Of a DNA stretch of 64,000 bases, positions 1 to 13,779 are shown one piece after another. Below the pieces are notes generated by a model. It saw only the letters and a program-made list of their open reading frames with translations, made no database searches and had not been told where the DNA came from. Every line of letters begins with the position of its first letter. The stretch's first letter is position 1. Both the position numbers and the translations under genes were made by a program. This stretch comes from Podarcis erhardii (Eukaryota), in NCBI GenBank assembly GCA_964252035.1, contig OZ176200.1; one strand, written 5' to 3'.

Positions 1-148
1 TTTATTTAAAATGCATCTCTGGGTTATTTGTGGGGCATAGGAATTTGTTCTTTTTTCTGCCCCCCCCCCCCAATATATAGTCCAGCCCCCCCACAAGGTC
101 TGAGGGACAGTGGACCGGCCCCTTGCTGAAAAAGTTTGCTGACCCCTG
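1..148 (+). mobile_element. hAT MITE family A, 3' part
   Basis: Near-identical to the 3' half of 45899-46150, ends ...gtttgctgacccctg. Confidence 0.85.
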
Positions 149-3100
149 GTATAGGCATTTGTTAATCACCACCCAAGTTGATGATCTGAGGTGAAGGCTG
201 TAAAATGTAGTCTACAATTAATCAATATTAAATGCAATGGTCTTCTGTGATTAGCAACAGAGTAACAAACAGCAGCTAGTGAGGTGTCAGCCGAGGACAA
301 GATGAAAATAAATGTGAGTTAACATGCTCTTTTTAGCATTGCTCTTAAGTTCCCACCTCCTCACCATAAGCTAGCTTTGTTGGCTGAACCATATTAGGAA
401 ACCTTTCCAGGGTACACAAGCTCACTTACAAACATAGCACAGGAAGAGGCACTCTGACCAAATTATTCAGGAACAAGTAACCAAATGCACATACTGAAAT
501 ACCATTAGACACTCGGGAAACAAACACAAATTATTGATGCTTAACTCCCTCCAATCTTTGCTCTTGCATTTATTATATTGTGAACTAACAGAAGCAGTCT
601 TAAATATAATCTACATCAGCCTTTCACGTTGTGCTTCATTTAAAATAAAATTCTTGCACGACTATTTCACAAAGACAGGAGTGAATTTTAGCTGAAGCAA
701 TGTGTTGGATCTCAAATACAATGAGTAACAGCAAATCTCAATAATAAAAATATTAGCAGATGGGAAATTAGCCTGCTCCTCTGCTTCCAAACTGCTCATT
801 CACCTGCAGTCACATCCATATTCCACCAATATGACCAAAGATTACATTTGTGTGTCAAGCAGCTCATTACATTGCATTAGCACTGGGATAACATGCGCAC
901 ATTAATCCCTACATCCACCTTTGTACTTCAAGCCACTGCGCTCCTTTTGGTTTCCATTAGCTCAACAACTTACATAACTTCACAAGAAAACTGAGTACTC
1001 ATCTGTCTACTGAAGTTGTGAGCAGTGCTCCCTGTAATGCGCAAGACAAATTCATCATCCCTTGCACCCCACAAGAAAGCTTGGAAAACAGAGCCCAGAT
1101 CCCCTCCGTAATTCACATAATGAGAAAATAACTTACTCCATATCTGCTATGGTAAACTCTGAAAGGTACACATAGCATATAGAATATGCTTGCTAATAAT
1201 ACTCAAAATTTGAAACAGCTATCAGAAAAGCAATGCTTAAAGGGAATCTCAGACTTCCTTTGAAATATCACCTCTCGCTGCTCAAGTTTATCTTCTTTCT
1301 TCATTTTAAGCAGGATTCATGCATCTGGAACCCCATGTAGGGGAGAAAATGCTTGGGGTGCCATGTGAAGCCAAGAAACAGCAAGTAGGAAGAGGATTAT
1401 GTACCTCCTTCCCTGCCACTTTGCTTTCTTCTGAAGCTGCTTTTCAGAATCACAGCTCTGTTTTATGCATCTGTGTAGTTAGCCCCCAAGAGATTTGCTT
1501 TAGGGAACTAACTTGAAAACCAAAACCTTGTAATTAACATTTTCCTCATTACACTTTTTGCCTGTAGGTTTCTCTGTCCTCACTGATTTTTGTCATTCAA
1601 GCACAGCAGGAACTTCTAAATCCCTTCTGTGGCGTCCACTGTCCAAAGAACTATCTTGAATGTGCCAAAAGAACTAAGGCTAGTGAAAGATAACAAATAA
1701 ATCTGAACAGCCACATTGCTGTTCTTTATGGCTAGGAAAAAGAAAGGAGGAAGTTGCCTTTGTTTTGTTCTATCACCTTACACACATTCTTCATGGTTAC
1801 ATGCTGCAGCATGCTAGAGGCACCAAAGTTTCAGAGTTATGTGTCCAGTTTGTCTTTATATATTGTACTCATATGCACTGAGCTGTGCTTCAGTATTCCA
1901 GGGAAAAGCCCCATGGATCTTCAGTAGCCAGTTGCATAATTATTTTAGGTCTCCTGTACAATTTCACTGTTCCCAAGATCCAGTGCAGTGCCAGAAGTGC
2001 AAGGCTGAATGTTGCAAACACAGGTTCAAAATTCCGATTCAGCCATCAAGCTTCCTGATTTTTCTAATGCTAGCTTAGTTTTAGATAATTGTATTTAGGA
2101 TCAGACATCCAAGACACATACAATATCTGTAAGTATACATTTAGTTACTAAGAAAAAAAAGTTGCACCACCCTGATTAATAAGTTTTGAAAAGAGGATTT
2201 TCTATATATTAAAATAGCTTTCAGCCTGTGTGCCATTCATCAGTTTAAAAAGCAGTACAGGCAGAGAGTTAAACAAGAGAATTTTCATGCTTGAGTATTT
2301 GTAGAAACAGATTTTGCTTCCTCTTGTGCTTCATTAGCTACTGAAGCATTACAATAAAGCTAAAACAACAGAAACATTGAAGTCGCTTAAGACTGCCAAG
2401 AAAGAATACCACTACATTCCACTCTGGGTGTGTGAAGCAGATTTAAAGGAAGGTTGGGTTGTTTCCAAGACTGCTAATTCCTTGCAGGTATTTATGTGAC
2501 AGGAGACAAAACGATCCTTTCTTCAGTGAAGATGGATCTCAATATGTACATCTGATTTTAGAGTATATCTGCCTCCTACTCCAATCTTCCATTTTTGTGA
2601 ACCTTTAAGGTCCCATTGTGATATTAATGTAGGTATTGCAATTGACACCCTTCCATTGTTCAGTTTTGTCCCTCATCCCTAGCTCTGTTGGTGAATGCTG
2701 AACTGACTCAATTCAAATAAGGAAAGAGAAGCACTCCTCTGCCCCTTTCCAGTAAAAGCAGGGCAAGTACCACAAAAAATTCAATAAAATTTGACATGAG
2801 GAATTACAAGTAATACTTGGTAAAAATATCATGACATTACAGAAAAACATTTTTTATTATCTTTCTTAGGTTATACTTGAGCTATGTTTGTTCTGTGAAA
2901 ATTTCCTGTTTGCAAACTTCACCACAGAACAAGTTTCCTGTTTGCACTCTCTCTTTGTGCTGCAATCAATGTTGAAAGTTAAATGCCGTCCTTCTATTTT
3001 TTTATATGAATTCACTTCAGGAAGAATTAGACATTCAGTATAGTTTCTAAGCTGGAACTGTAGTCACTATGGCTATATTCCATTTGATTTGTGCACAGAT

Positions 3101-4209
3101 CTTCATCAATAATTAAAAAAAACTCAATGTAGTAACAGTTACATTTTCCTTCCTCTCTCCAAAAACTGACATTAACAAAAGAATACAAGAATCTTGATAT
3201 CAAATTAAATGTTATAGACTTCAAAAGGGCAGTGTTCTCCATAGTCACTGCCAAATAATCACACCCATGTTTACCACTTCTTTGAAACTTTCCCCTAACA
3301 CAGTGAAATCACCTTAAAATAGTAATTAATGCAAATCATTAAACCACTGCAGCAGAAGCATTGTGACCTCCACCAGTGCCCCCCCCCCCCCCCGCAAATG
3401 TCCGTCCTCATCTCAGTATGGAGAACATTCAAGTGAAAGAGTTAATGCTGATACTTAAATGTTAGGCGCCTGGGATTTTTTCAGCCCCGGATCTAATGAA
3501 TTAACAAAGCAGAGTATTGACACTCATAAATGTTCTGATATCATTATACTACTAGAAAACAAGGGATATTCAAGGAAACTGGAAAGTGCACAAAAGCACA
3601 ACCAACACTCCTTACTTCAACTTTCTCATGTCTAATCTAACTCATGACAATCCCTGACCTGCTAACAAATTAGGAAACATTTTGTCACTTTTTTTGTATG
3701 CTCCCCTGGTAGTAAAGCAGATGTCAAATCAGTCTTGACAGCGTAGCTTAAGTAAAGGGGGCTAATTTTTTAGTCTGATCAGATTTGCATGCAGGCCATT
3801 CTTAACCTTTGCTGGGGTTTATACATGTTTAAAACTCTTCCTTTAATTGCTTCACTAGAAGCACTTGGAAAAGGTAATGGAAAGAAAACATTTTTTTCTT
3901 CTGCAGTTTACTTAATACTGTCTAGATTAGAAGCCAAAGCCTTGAGCAATTTTAACATCAAAGTCACTGGGTAGCTAGAACAGCAACAGCACAGGGAAGC
4001 AGCTGCAGTGATTCATGCTCTGGAAACCTCTTCTTTGTATTACTGAAACACACAATACATGGGGGAGTCTTTGAAAACCTTACAGAAATTTCAGTTGATC
4101 CAAAATAAGATGGTCAACTAGGACTGGACCTTATGACCATAATACACCAGTACTTGCTTGCTTCCCTCCATCCCGCTCTTTCTTTCTTTTGCACTACTTC
4201 AAGTATTGT

Positions 4210-4860
4210 TCTGGGCCCAACTCAAAGTTCCAATATTAAGCTTTTAAAGCCCTAAAAGGTTGCAGACATGTTATCTGAACAATAGTCTCCTTTCACGTAA
4301 CACCTGCCACATTAAGGACATCAAGGACCTTTTTCAGGTGTTCCACCAAACGAGATCCAGCAGGCAGCTACCGACTGAAGTTTTTATTGGTTGTTTGCTA
4401 TGATTAGTTTTAGTGTTTATACTGTGCCTGGGTCACTTTTGAATGGAAAGCCCCTTATTAATAGTAATAGTATCAATAATAAGACTTTTCAGTGGTGGCA
4501 CCCTAGCTGTACAATGTCTTCTTAGAGAGGCTCCCCTGACACCCACACTTAGGATTGATTGGGACAAATTTGAAAAAGACTTACTGGTAATTGTCAAAAT
4601 ATATCTATAACTGTTTGTTCCAAAGTATTATTTTTATGCTTTGGAGTACACAAAAAGTAATTTTCATATTTGTGGGTCTTTATGCTGACTGTGCCCAATA
4701 CATAAGGACTTTTATTGCATATTATACTGTATCTTTGAATTGTTTTTATTATGCATGTTATGTTTTTATCTTGTATTTTTATGCTGTGAACCACCCTGAG
4801 ATCTATGGATGAAGGTCAGTATACAAATTTAATAAATTCTACTACTAATAATAATACTAA
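4210..4860 (+). mobile_element. Decayed L2 3' fragment
   Basis: tttaaagccctaa, ttttcagtggtggcacc and tgtgaaccaccctgag blocks as in 59800-60257. Further L2 tails near 30255-30440 and 38080-38262. Confidence 0.65.
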
Positions 4861-4980
4861 CCCAGCCACAAGCCTGACCATATTATTTTAGTTCTCTATT
4901 TGCTTTACCCATTAAAGTAATTTTATTATCATTTGTTGGACACCGCCTGGGGTGATACTAAAGGAAGGGTGATTCATAAG

Positions 4981-4981
4981 C

Positions 4982-5033
<52 letters not shown>

Positions 5034-5038
5034 GCAAC
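4981..5038. repeat. (CAA)n microsatellite
   Basis: Direct inspection. Confidence 0.97.
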
Positions 5039-5335
5039 GGACACATGCAATAGAGTTTAGCTTACCTGACAACAAATGTATTTCTGAGCCTTAACCACAA
5101 ACTGAAAATTAAACCAAACTTAGCCCTAACAACTCAGTTATTTATGAGGGGGGAAACTGGTTTTCATAACTTTCAACTGCCAATCAAAAACCACTGTACT
5201 ATGCAAAGGATTCTGGAACATGTTCTTGGGTACCATTCATATGAGGCAGACACCAGCCCTGTTGGGCTTCACTCTTCCCCCCCCCCCCCGGAACATAATG
5301 TGACTCAGGACACACCCAACACTCTCCTTCAACTA

Positions 5336-5558
5336 CTGTGGTACCTTTGGATGTGAACGGGAACCGTTCCAGAGCCCTGTTCGAATCCTGAAGCGAACGC
5401 AACCCGCGTCTGCATGGGTCGCGATTCACCGCTTCCGCGCATGACGTCATTTTGAGCGTCTGCACATGCGCGAGCAGCGAAACCTGGAAGTAACGGGTTC
5501 CATTACTTCCAGGTCGCCACAGAGTGCAACCTGAAATGCTCAACCCGAACTATGACTG
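5336..5558. mobile_element. Tc1/mariner (Tigger-like) MITE, CpG-rich family
   Basis: ta-ctgtggtacc start and ..aacccgaac-tatgactg end resemble the cagtggtacc termini of the other Tigger-like MITEs. Confidence 0.6.
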
Positions 5559-8500
5559 TTCTCACTGTTTGTGAAGAGAAGGAATGCTAGGTAGCGATCT
5601 TCTAAGTTTCTTTGCTCTTTCTGATTTCTCACTGAAAACCCCTCATAAGATTCTAAGCATCAAAGTTCCCCAGAAGACATTGTAAATAAAACATATGCAA
5701 TGACATAGGTTTTCCTCCTTGCAGACAGGCACACAGACTAAGCAGGCTCCAGCTTTTGCTAGAGGCCACTTATGGAGCTGCTGCTTTGCACTTGCTGCTG
5801 CTACCTGCAAGAGAGAGAAAACTGCCCAGTTACCTATATGGCACTGTGGGCATGTAGTTTAATCCAATGCATGTTTGATTTTGTAAGTCAATCAAATTAC
5901 ATTCACTGAGTCAGAGGGCTCCTCCGGATGTTATCTTTGTAGAGTAGGAGCAAGAACACTGCAGTTCAAGTCTAGACTTCTTATATTATGCAAGTGACAT
6001 GGGAAGAAGCTGCACTGTTTGCAGCAGTTCCCATGTAGTGAAGCCAACTAAGAGGGTGCCCCAAGTATGACTGCAAAGTACGCTCTCTTTTGTTCCTGCA
6101 AGCACAAGTCCTAGCCAATAATTCAGATAACGCTAAATACAAATATCCATGTTATTTTACACAAACTTGTATAAACAAAGCCAAACCATTAGTTAACAAA
6201 AAAGGGAAAATATACTCTGTTTTTAAGGTAAAGGTAAGAAGAATTTAAGAAATTTCAGTTGCTACCATCTCTTGAATTTCATGTGCAGGCATAGTTTGAA
6301 AGGGAACTGCTGTTTTTATATGTTGTGAAGAAGTACGGGGGTGGGTGGGGGGGTGGATGTGCCATTGTAGCCCTAGTTGCCAGGTATAGGTTATCCACAC
6401 ATTGTCCATAAATCCACATAAATGGGCTTCAATGTTTAGCATTCAAAAAAGAACATCACTCACAACACTGTTTTGTCTTTCTCTGGTGGGGACAGTACCC
6501 TGTCTGAAAAATTTCTTAGGCCTATGCAAGCAATTCCGTTTCTCTCTTGCCGTAGTTCTGGGACAGGCAAGTACATTTTATTACAGAAGGAGACACAGTG
6601 GCATCCTCCTCCTGCTTCCGCACCTAAGCATCAGGCTTTAGATACTATAGTTCCAAGACTATTTCAACAACCCTGAGCAGAGTTTAGAAAAATCTCAACT
6701 TGTATTAGGAAAACAACATTCTCTTTTGTTAAAAACACTTCTTCACTTTCCTTAAGAAAATCACTGTATTTAAAAAAAAGAAAGAAAGAAAAACCCTGAA
6801 TATATACCATGATAGAAGAGAGCCTGCCAAGTGAAGCCTTGCTACACAATAGCATTTACAGGAACATAAAGAAAGCACAATAAAATAAATTGACAGTACT
6901 TGAGATACAAACAACTTCAAGCATCATCAAGACATTTCAACATCTTCACTTCCTTCCCAGTTCAGACAAATGTATGACACAAGGTTACAATAAATTGTGA
7001 TGACATTCAAAAACTTCAAAAAAAACCACGCACATTTCCTAAGAACTGAAGCTTGCCAAACTAGTGTCTCTTAAATTACTCCTCAGCAGGGACCCACAAA
7101 TTCATCTACCACACTTTCTGATGAGACCATCAGCTGGTGTCTTCCTCTGAACCTGTCAGATGGGGCAGTGATTTTTCCTGTGGATGCACTATACTTTCAG
7201 GACACCAGAGTGCCTCAGAAATGCAGCCGAATTCAGGGAAGATCTTCACTCCACTCTCTAGCTCCAAGGTGGAGAAGGCAGCTATGGTTGAAGGGAAGAC
7301 TGATCCCTTCCCTACTTCTACACTATGAGCTGGGGAAAGGAGCAGGAGGTTATAATTCTACAGCACACAAAGAGAATCCTAGCAGTTTCAAAAAGTTTTT
7401 GGTCAGCTAAGGCTTGCAAATTTGGGGATCCAAATGTGTGGAGCTCTGCTCATCAGACACTATCACATTTTAAATTACCGTGTACTGTAAGTTGAGTATA
7501 GCCATTCAGGAAGAATCTAAAGACCAACATATCTCAACCATTTTTGCTTTTTTCAGCCCCTGGACTTTTGATACTAGAGTGGTGACTCTTGTTTACAGGC
7601 CTAGAATCAAAATGTTATTTCAAATAACAAGTAGGTATAGGTATACTGATACTGAAAAGTGGGATTTAGTAAACAAAAAAGCTATGTACTAAATAGATTC
7701 AATTGTTTGCATTATCTGTATAGTAGCAGAGCTTACAAAATTCTACAAAGCCAATGGGGGGCAGATCTGACATGGACAGGTGTACATTCACACACATGTA
7801 CCCAAAAAGTGAATGTCAACTCTATGATGGAATTCTTCAGCATAAGACAACAATTAAAAACTGAGAATCTCATCAATCCCCCACCCTTTAATATAAGGAA
7901 TTTTTTTTTGAGTATATCCAAATATTGAACAAAAGTTAAACCAGACAGAGGCCTTGTATAAAAATTCAGCTCCTCAGCACTAATATACTAATATTCAGGT
8001 GGAAACCACCACTTAGAATGAAATAGTCAATAGAAAGTGTCAATGTACCACTCAAGCTGATCTTGCATATACATTTTATAGGAAAGGAGAACTAATACAT
8101 GAGAAGACCTTTTGTCAGCAGAAGGCTGTGCTGGTTTTTTCTACTTTAAGTTTATTATAGAACACATCCTAGCAGCTAACATTAGGATCAAACAGGATCA
8201 GCACACCAGCCACGATTATATACGATTAGCAATTCTTACGTAAAGTTTCGTGGAAGAGGAGCACATTACTGGAAAGCAAAGCATTCACTCTCTCTTAAAT
8301 CCAATAATGGACTTTTATTCTTATTCATAGGCACAACTATTTTCTCATTACACCTCACAAGTTATTTCAAAACAGAGATAAGCATATGAATGCAATATTT
8401 CATCTTCTAAAGACCAAAAGGCTTTTGTAAAATAGCACAACTTTCTAAAGAGATACAGATTTTTATTATTTTTTTAAAAGAGTCTTCTTTCTTCCCCTAT

Positions 8501-9538
8501 TCCTCTTTTTTAAAAGAGTGAGGTAGTTACTTACAGCCACACAACTTTCCCCAGGAAATTCAGCATTCGTAGAGCAGCACCCAAAGTACAGATTCAGACA
8601 CAAAGAAACTAGACATTACCAGAGCCTAAGAGTCATTTCACCACCCACACCACCCGCTAAAAGGAGGTTTCAGAGACATGGCATAAATAAAGATTGTGTT
8701 CCGTTATGTCATCAAGCCTCAGAATTCTCTTTAGTAGCTGCCCCCAATGCAGACACAGGACAGGCACATCTGCATTTGAGAATCCATGTTCCCCACTGGT
8801 CTTCAACTAGTGGTTTGGGACATGGCCTGGACCAAGACAGGTTAGCACAGCAGTGCAATGATTACAGGAACAGAAGGTAAAATAATAATAACAATACGTT
8901 TGCTGAGTGTTTGTGTGGCTTAAAAGAGGGTCACAGATCACCAAAAACTGCTGCATCTAACTAGCCCATCCTCCAGCAACTTTGAGCGTTCTGGCATCTC
9001 CACCACAGCTTTGTCCTGACAAGTTTCCCAGGCGATGATGGGATTTCTTCCCAGGATTTCTCCCCCCACCGTCACCCTTGGGAATCTAATCCTCTGAAGG
9101 AATTTTTTTCGGGGTGGGGGAAAGAGACGAAGAGAGTGACTGTCAGTCTCCATCCACAGATGCTCCCGCAGAAAAAAGGGCTCAAGCATCTTCGCCCTCC
9201 ACCCTTTTGCCCCAAATCCACCCAAACCGTCGCCGTCTGTACTCGGCGGCTCTTTTATTATTTTCCAGAAGCCGCCCCCCACCCCACCCACCCCCCGGGC
9301 TCCGCAGAGCAGGTGTGCGTGTCTGGGAAGGGGAAAGCCCAGGAACTCTTGACAGCCCCCCCCCATGCCTGCCTGCCTGCCTGCCTTCCGCGCTTGGCTA
9401 ACAAAGAACCAAAGGAGGTGGGGAGGGGTGGAGAGAAGGACGCGCCTTCAGCCCCACCGCCAGCCCCCTCCCCACCCCCCACACTTTCCTCGCCCGCCCT
9501 CCCCTCCCCACCCCCTTTCCCGGCAGCGGCTCGCTCAC

Positions 9539-9760
9539 CCAGCCGCGGCTGGTTCCGGGAAGGAGGCGGCCCCTTCTTCTTCTTCTTCTTCTTCTTCTCC
9601 TGCTACCTCCTCCTCCTCGTCGCTCCAAGGCACTGAGAGGCTGGGCTGCTGCTGCTGCTGCAAGGCCCGCGTGCCCTTGTCTGCCTGGCCCTGGTTACGG
9701 CAGGGGAGGGAGCCGTCTCCTCTTGGCGCAGGGCTCGGCCAATGCAACATTCGCGGCCGC
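9539..9760 (-). other. Probable first (5' leader) exon of the leftward gene (SUSD6 by synteny); bases 1-9538 would be intron 1
   Basis: Minus-strand donor CTGG|GTGAGC at 9539/9538 at the CpG-island edge, followed by a G-rich intron start. The TSS is estimated, not seen. Confidence 0.55.
9573..9598. repeat. (CTT)n microsatellite in the putative exon 1
   Basis: Direct inspection. Confidence 0.95.
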
Positions 9761-12700
9761 CAGGGGAAATAAACAAGCGAGGGGGTTTAAATAGGTAGAA
9801 ATGCCAAGGCTAAAGTAGCTCCGGGGTAACGTCGCGAGGGCGGCGGCGAAGGCGAGGGCACTTTCCCTCCCCCGCTTCTTCCCCTCGTCTCCTCAGTCCG
9901 ACCCTTCTTCTTCTTCGCTCCGACTCCGCCGAGTCCCGCTTCCTCCTTCGCCGCCGCCGCCACAAGCAACAGCCGCTCTCCGTCGTTGCTCCGCCTGCGC
10001 TCTAGCGCGAGCTCGCCTCACGCGCCGGGCCTGGCGAGTGGGAGGGGAGGGAGGCGGGGGAACGAGGGCGGCCTGCCCTCCCTCGGCGAGGGTTTAAAGG
10101 GGCAGAGGCAGAGCCGCTGCTCCTGCCGCCTGCAGGGTTGAAGTTAGAACCCGCGGGAGGGAAAGGATTGATCGGGGCGAGGCTCCCCAGGCCGGAGGAA
10201 TATAAGGAAGGGGAGGAGCCTCGTCGGCCGGCCTTAACAACGCGGGAGATCAGCCAGCGCCTTCCCGCACGTGGACTGCCGCCTCCCCGCTCTCCTCGCG
10301 CGGCCTCGGCGGCTGTGGGAAGAGGAGGAGCAGCAGCTCCCTCCTCCGGGGCGGGGAATATGGGAGGAAGAGAAACAGGCAGGAGGAAGCGGGCTGGCTC
10401 CGTTCTCTTCCCGTGTGCGAGGTTGCCCACTTTGCGCCCTGTGGCTTTGGGGTATTTTCGTCTCTTCTCATATTGTGCCTTAACTCTGAGCGCAGCCCGG
10501 GTACTGGACTTCTCTCTCTCTCCTCCCCCCCCCCCCGCCCTCGTTTTATTTATTTCTCCTCTTCAGCGTTAAATGGGCCAGGTTGTCAGAGGAGACAAGC
10601 TTCCGAATGCAAAATGTTATATACGCTGCTAGAGAACAAGTTGGCAGTTGTGGTTTCTGTCGCCAGCCCCACCCTTTCCACAATATTGCCCTATCCTTTC
10701 TGTCCTCTCCATTTTCTCTCTTGCCACTTTGTATTCGTCCCTTTTATCGGATCAACCTGCATATCCATTCCATACCCATTTCCCCCCATTCTTTGCTCAA
10801 AACCCATCCTCACCCAGTGCCTGACTGGACTTCAGCTGTAGAAAGCCAAATCTCTGGTTAAATTATTTCCCCGCTTTATCAAATGAAAATTCCGAGTCTT
10901 GCAGCCCCTCCCCTATCTAAATAAACACTTTTTAGCATCCAGAAACACACTTTTGTGAGAGAAACCGCCAACACTAATAATTCCTGCTTTTGTCACTAAT
11001 TCCCCAAAGAGGTGCAGCAAGAGGCCCTCTGAGGCGCTTTTCATACAGCTTTTAATCTCATATCTTTGTCACTGGTTTTGAAAGACTACACATTTGTTCT
11101 TCCGTTTTGTTTTCCTGTTATCTCAAACTCAAAAGAAGTGCTTAAGGCTTGACAATCTGAAAGTACACAAGCCTTTGCAAAATCAGAAGCCCACCGATTC
11201 TTTGTACCAGGGATGAGGAACTTGTGGTCTCCAGATTCTCCCAAACTATAGCTCCCATCTTTCCTGGCCACTGGCCATCCTGGGTCTGTATCCAATTAAG
11301 TCCATCCCAAGAGTAGACTCAAAATTGATGAACCTAAATTAGTCATGTCTATTAACTTCATTAGGTCTGTTCTGAGTAGGACCAGCACTGGATACCACCT
11401 CAAAGCCACAGGTTCTGCTCAGGTGGGTGTGTTCATGAGTTAAATTACACTTTGATCACACTTTCTTTTTTTCCAGTGCTCAAATCAACCAAGGTGAAAC
11501 TGAAAAAAACTGTTAGAAAGATGTCTCTTTTATGAAGGCCTGTTTTGTATTCATTAGGGAAGGGGATGTCATGTTTGATACATTTATGTATATTATTCTG
11601 TGTGTTCATAATAAAAGGTAAATAAATTTCCTTAGTAGCAAGGCGATTATGATGGTATCACCATATTTAAAATTGGCTACACAGCTCAGGTCCAAGCTAT
11701 CTGAAAGAATGTTTTGGCTCATATGCAACTGCCTGGGTTTTGAGATCTTTCTTTGTTTACTTATGCAAGACACTCTTTCTTAGCACCCACAATTGTTTGG
11801 GTTTCATATTGGGTATTTGTGTCTGGAGTCCCAAGGCAAGGACTATCCCTCTTCTGATGTCTAAGTATGCAAACATAAGGCTACAGAGATGTAGCTCCCT
11901 GCCAAGCGGCCTTTCATCTGAGCAAATTCTCCCTCATGGTAGTGTCCTGTGTACACCATATCCTGTGATCTTGTGTTGCAACATGGGTGGGATGGTTGTC
12001 AATTCAGGGATGTCTGTAAAAAAATGTTTTAAATCCCTCCTATTGCATCAGGTTTGAGCTGATGTAGAATCACAGTGTCAACAACAGTGTGGCACTTCAA
12101 GTCAACCATATCAAGAGCCTGATGTGTCTCGCTGTTCCTACTGCGTGACAGGGGCTCCAACCGTGTCACCTGCCCTGTCCACTGGAAATTCCCCATGGGC
12201 AGGCAAGAATCCATTGGGTAACTGGCCACGTCCTACCACGAGAAAAATTATTCATTTGGAAAGCCCCATATGATTATGACATGGCATGAACTAGGTTTTC
12301 TTTTTTAATATATCCTCATTCTTTCTCTTTTTGTCTTTTTTTGTCTCTCCTAAAACATAGTTTTTAATGAGCTAAGAATGACAGTGTAAAAAAGAAACGA
12401 TTCCAAAGAAATGGAAAATAACAGCAAGGAAAAACAAATACATGGACAGCACAAAGGAAACATGTGATACCACATGCCAAATATACCCCAAAAGGCCATG
12501 AAATCCTTCAAGTCCTGCTGCATCGATCTCTTAAGGAAGATGGGAAGTGTTAGATGAGAGTCAGATGACTGCATCATCTGGCTCACTATTTGTCTATAAT
12601 GGTTGCCAGCAGCTCTCCAGAGTTGCAGGCAGGAATTTTTCCTAGCTCAACCAGGAGATGCTAGGAATGAACCCAGGGACCTTCAGCATCCTTAATAAAC

Positions 12701-13371
12701 TACAGCTCTGGGGGGAAATTGGGGAGACGCTATGACTGTTTAAAGTGGTATCATAGTGCTTTAAATGTATGGTGTGCATGAGGCCAATATTTTACATCCT
12801 AAAAACTAAGCATACTCAGGGTTGTTTGTATTAAGCAGACTATGCAAGAATACGCATAAAGAACATACACCTGTATTTCATGTATTTCAAACTTTCAAGA
12901 ACAGTAGGCGCACACAAAGTGCAAGTTTGATTCATATGGTTCAGTGAAAGCTAAGAGGACTCCTCCCATTTGGCACTTTGCTTGTCCCTTAATAATAAAC
13001 ACACTCCAAATGCAATTCAGCAGCCCTTTAGAAACCAGTCATTTTCTGCATTTTACACATGTGTATTGCAAACATTAAAACATATGCAAAAAATGACCAG
13101 GGTCAGGGAGGGAGAGGACAGGTTGCCTGTAAGTGCTGCCCTTTTAGCAGCCTTGATGACACAATGTCAGCCTGTGCACCTTCTAGGATAGCGTTAAATT
13201 CACAGGTTCCTGCTTAAAAAACACCCTGAGCCTTTATAAATAAAATGAAAAAGTGTGTGTGTGTGTGTGTGTAGAAAATGCACAATGTATAAGTATGCAC
13301 AAAATGGCAGGAAACATTTTGGTTGTGTATGTCGTCCAGAGTGGCTGGGGCAACCCAGCCAGATGGGCAGG

Positions 13372-13372
<1 letters not shown>

Positions 13373-13417
<45 letters not shown>

Positions 13418-13448
13418 TATTACTATTATTACTATTATTATTATTATT
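13373..13448. repeat. (TTA)n microsatellite seeded by an L2-type tail
   Basis: Follows ccagagtggctggggcaacccagccagatgggcagggta. A (GT)n tract lies at 13253-13272. Confidence 0.97.
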
Positions 13449-13779
13449 CCTGACTGAAGTATAACTAGCAATGGCTAATGTAACACACAGGAAGCTTGCT
13501 TGTCTGAAAAAAGAGACAATGCACATACTTTTGTAAACCAATAAAATCTTTAATTTAAAAAAGATTATATAAAAAAAGAAAGCTTGCTTGAATTTGGTCC
13601 AAGGACATGACTACATGCTAGCTGTCAACAACACATTACCTATTCAAAATGCTCTGTGTATAAACAGCATCTATTCAGAGGCAGGAAACAGCTGTATTAT
13701 TCACTTACTAGACGATTTCTGCTAAGACAGGAAAGCAAAAGGTGAAAGAACTGCACACGATTTCCCCTGCTCTTTGTAG

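Larger units (their letters stand above)
9200..10500. promoter_or_regulatory. CpG-island promoter, probably of SUSD6 (leftward) by synteny
   Basis: Sharp rise in GC and CpG density, GC boxes, CCAAT near 9738, minus-strand TATTTAAA at 9786-9793. No SUSD6 coding sequence recognised in the window, so identity rests on the SUSD6-CCDC177-PLEKHD1 order. Confidence 0.7.

Noticed and set aside
5216-5225. p53 response element (SUSD6 is reported as p53-inducible)
   Set aside because: Only one perfect half-site (GAACATGTTC), with no adjacent second half.
13200-13541. ORFs with poly-N, poly-I, poly-Y and poly-L runs
   Set aside because: Translations of the (TTA)n and (GT)n microsatellites.
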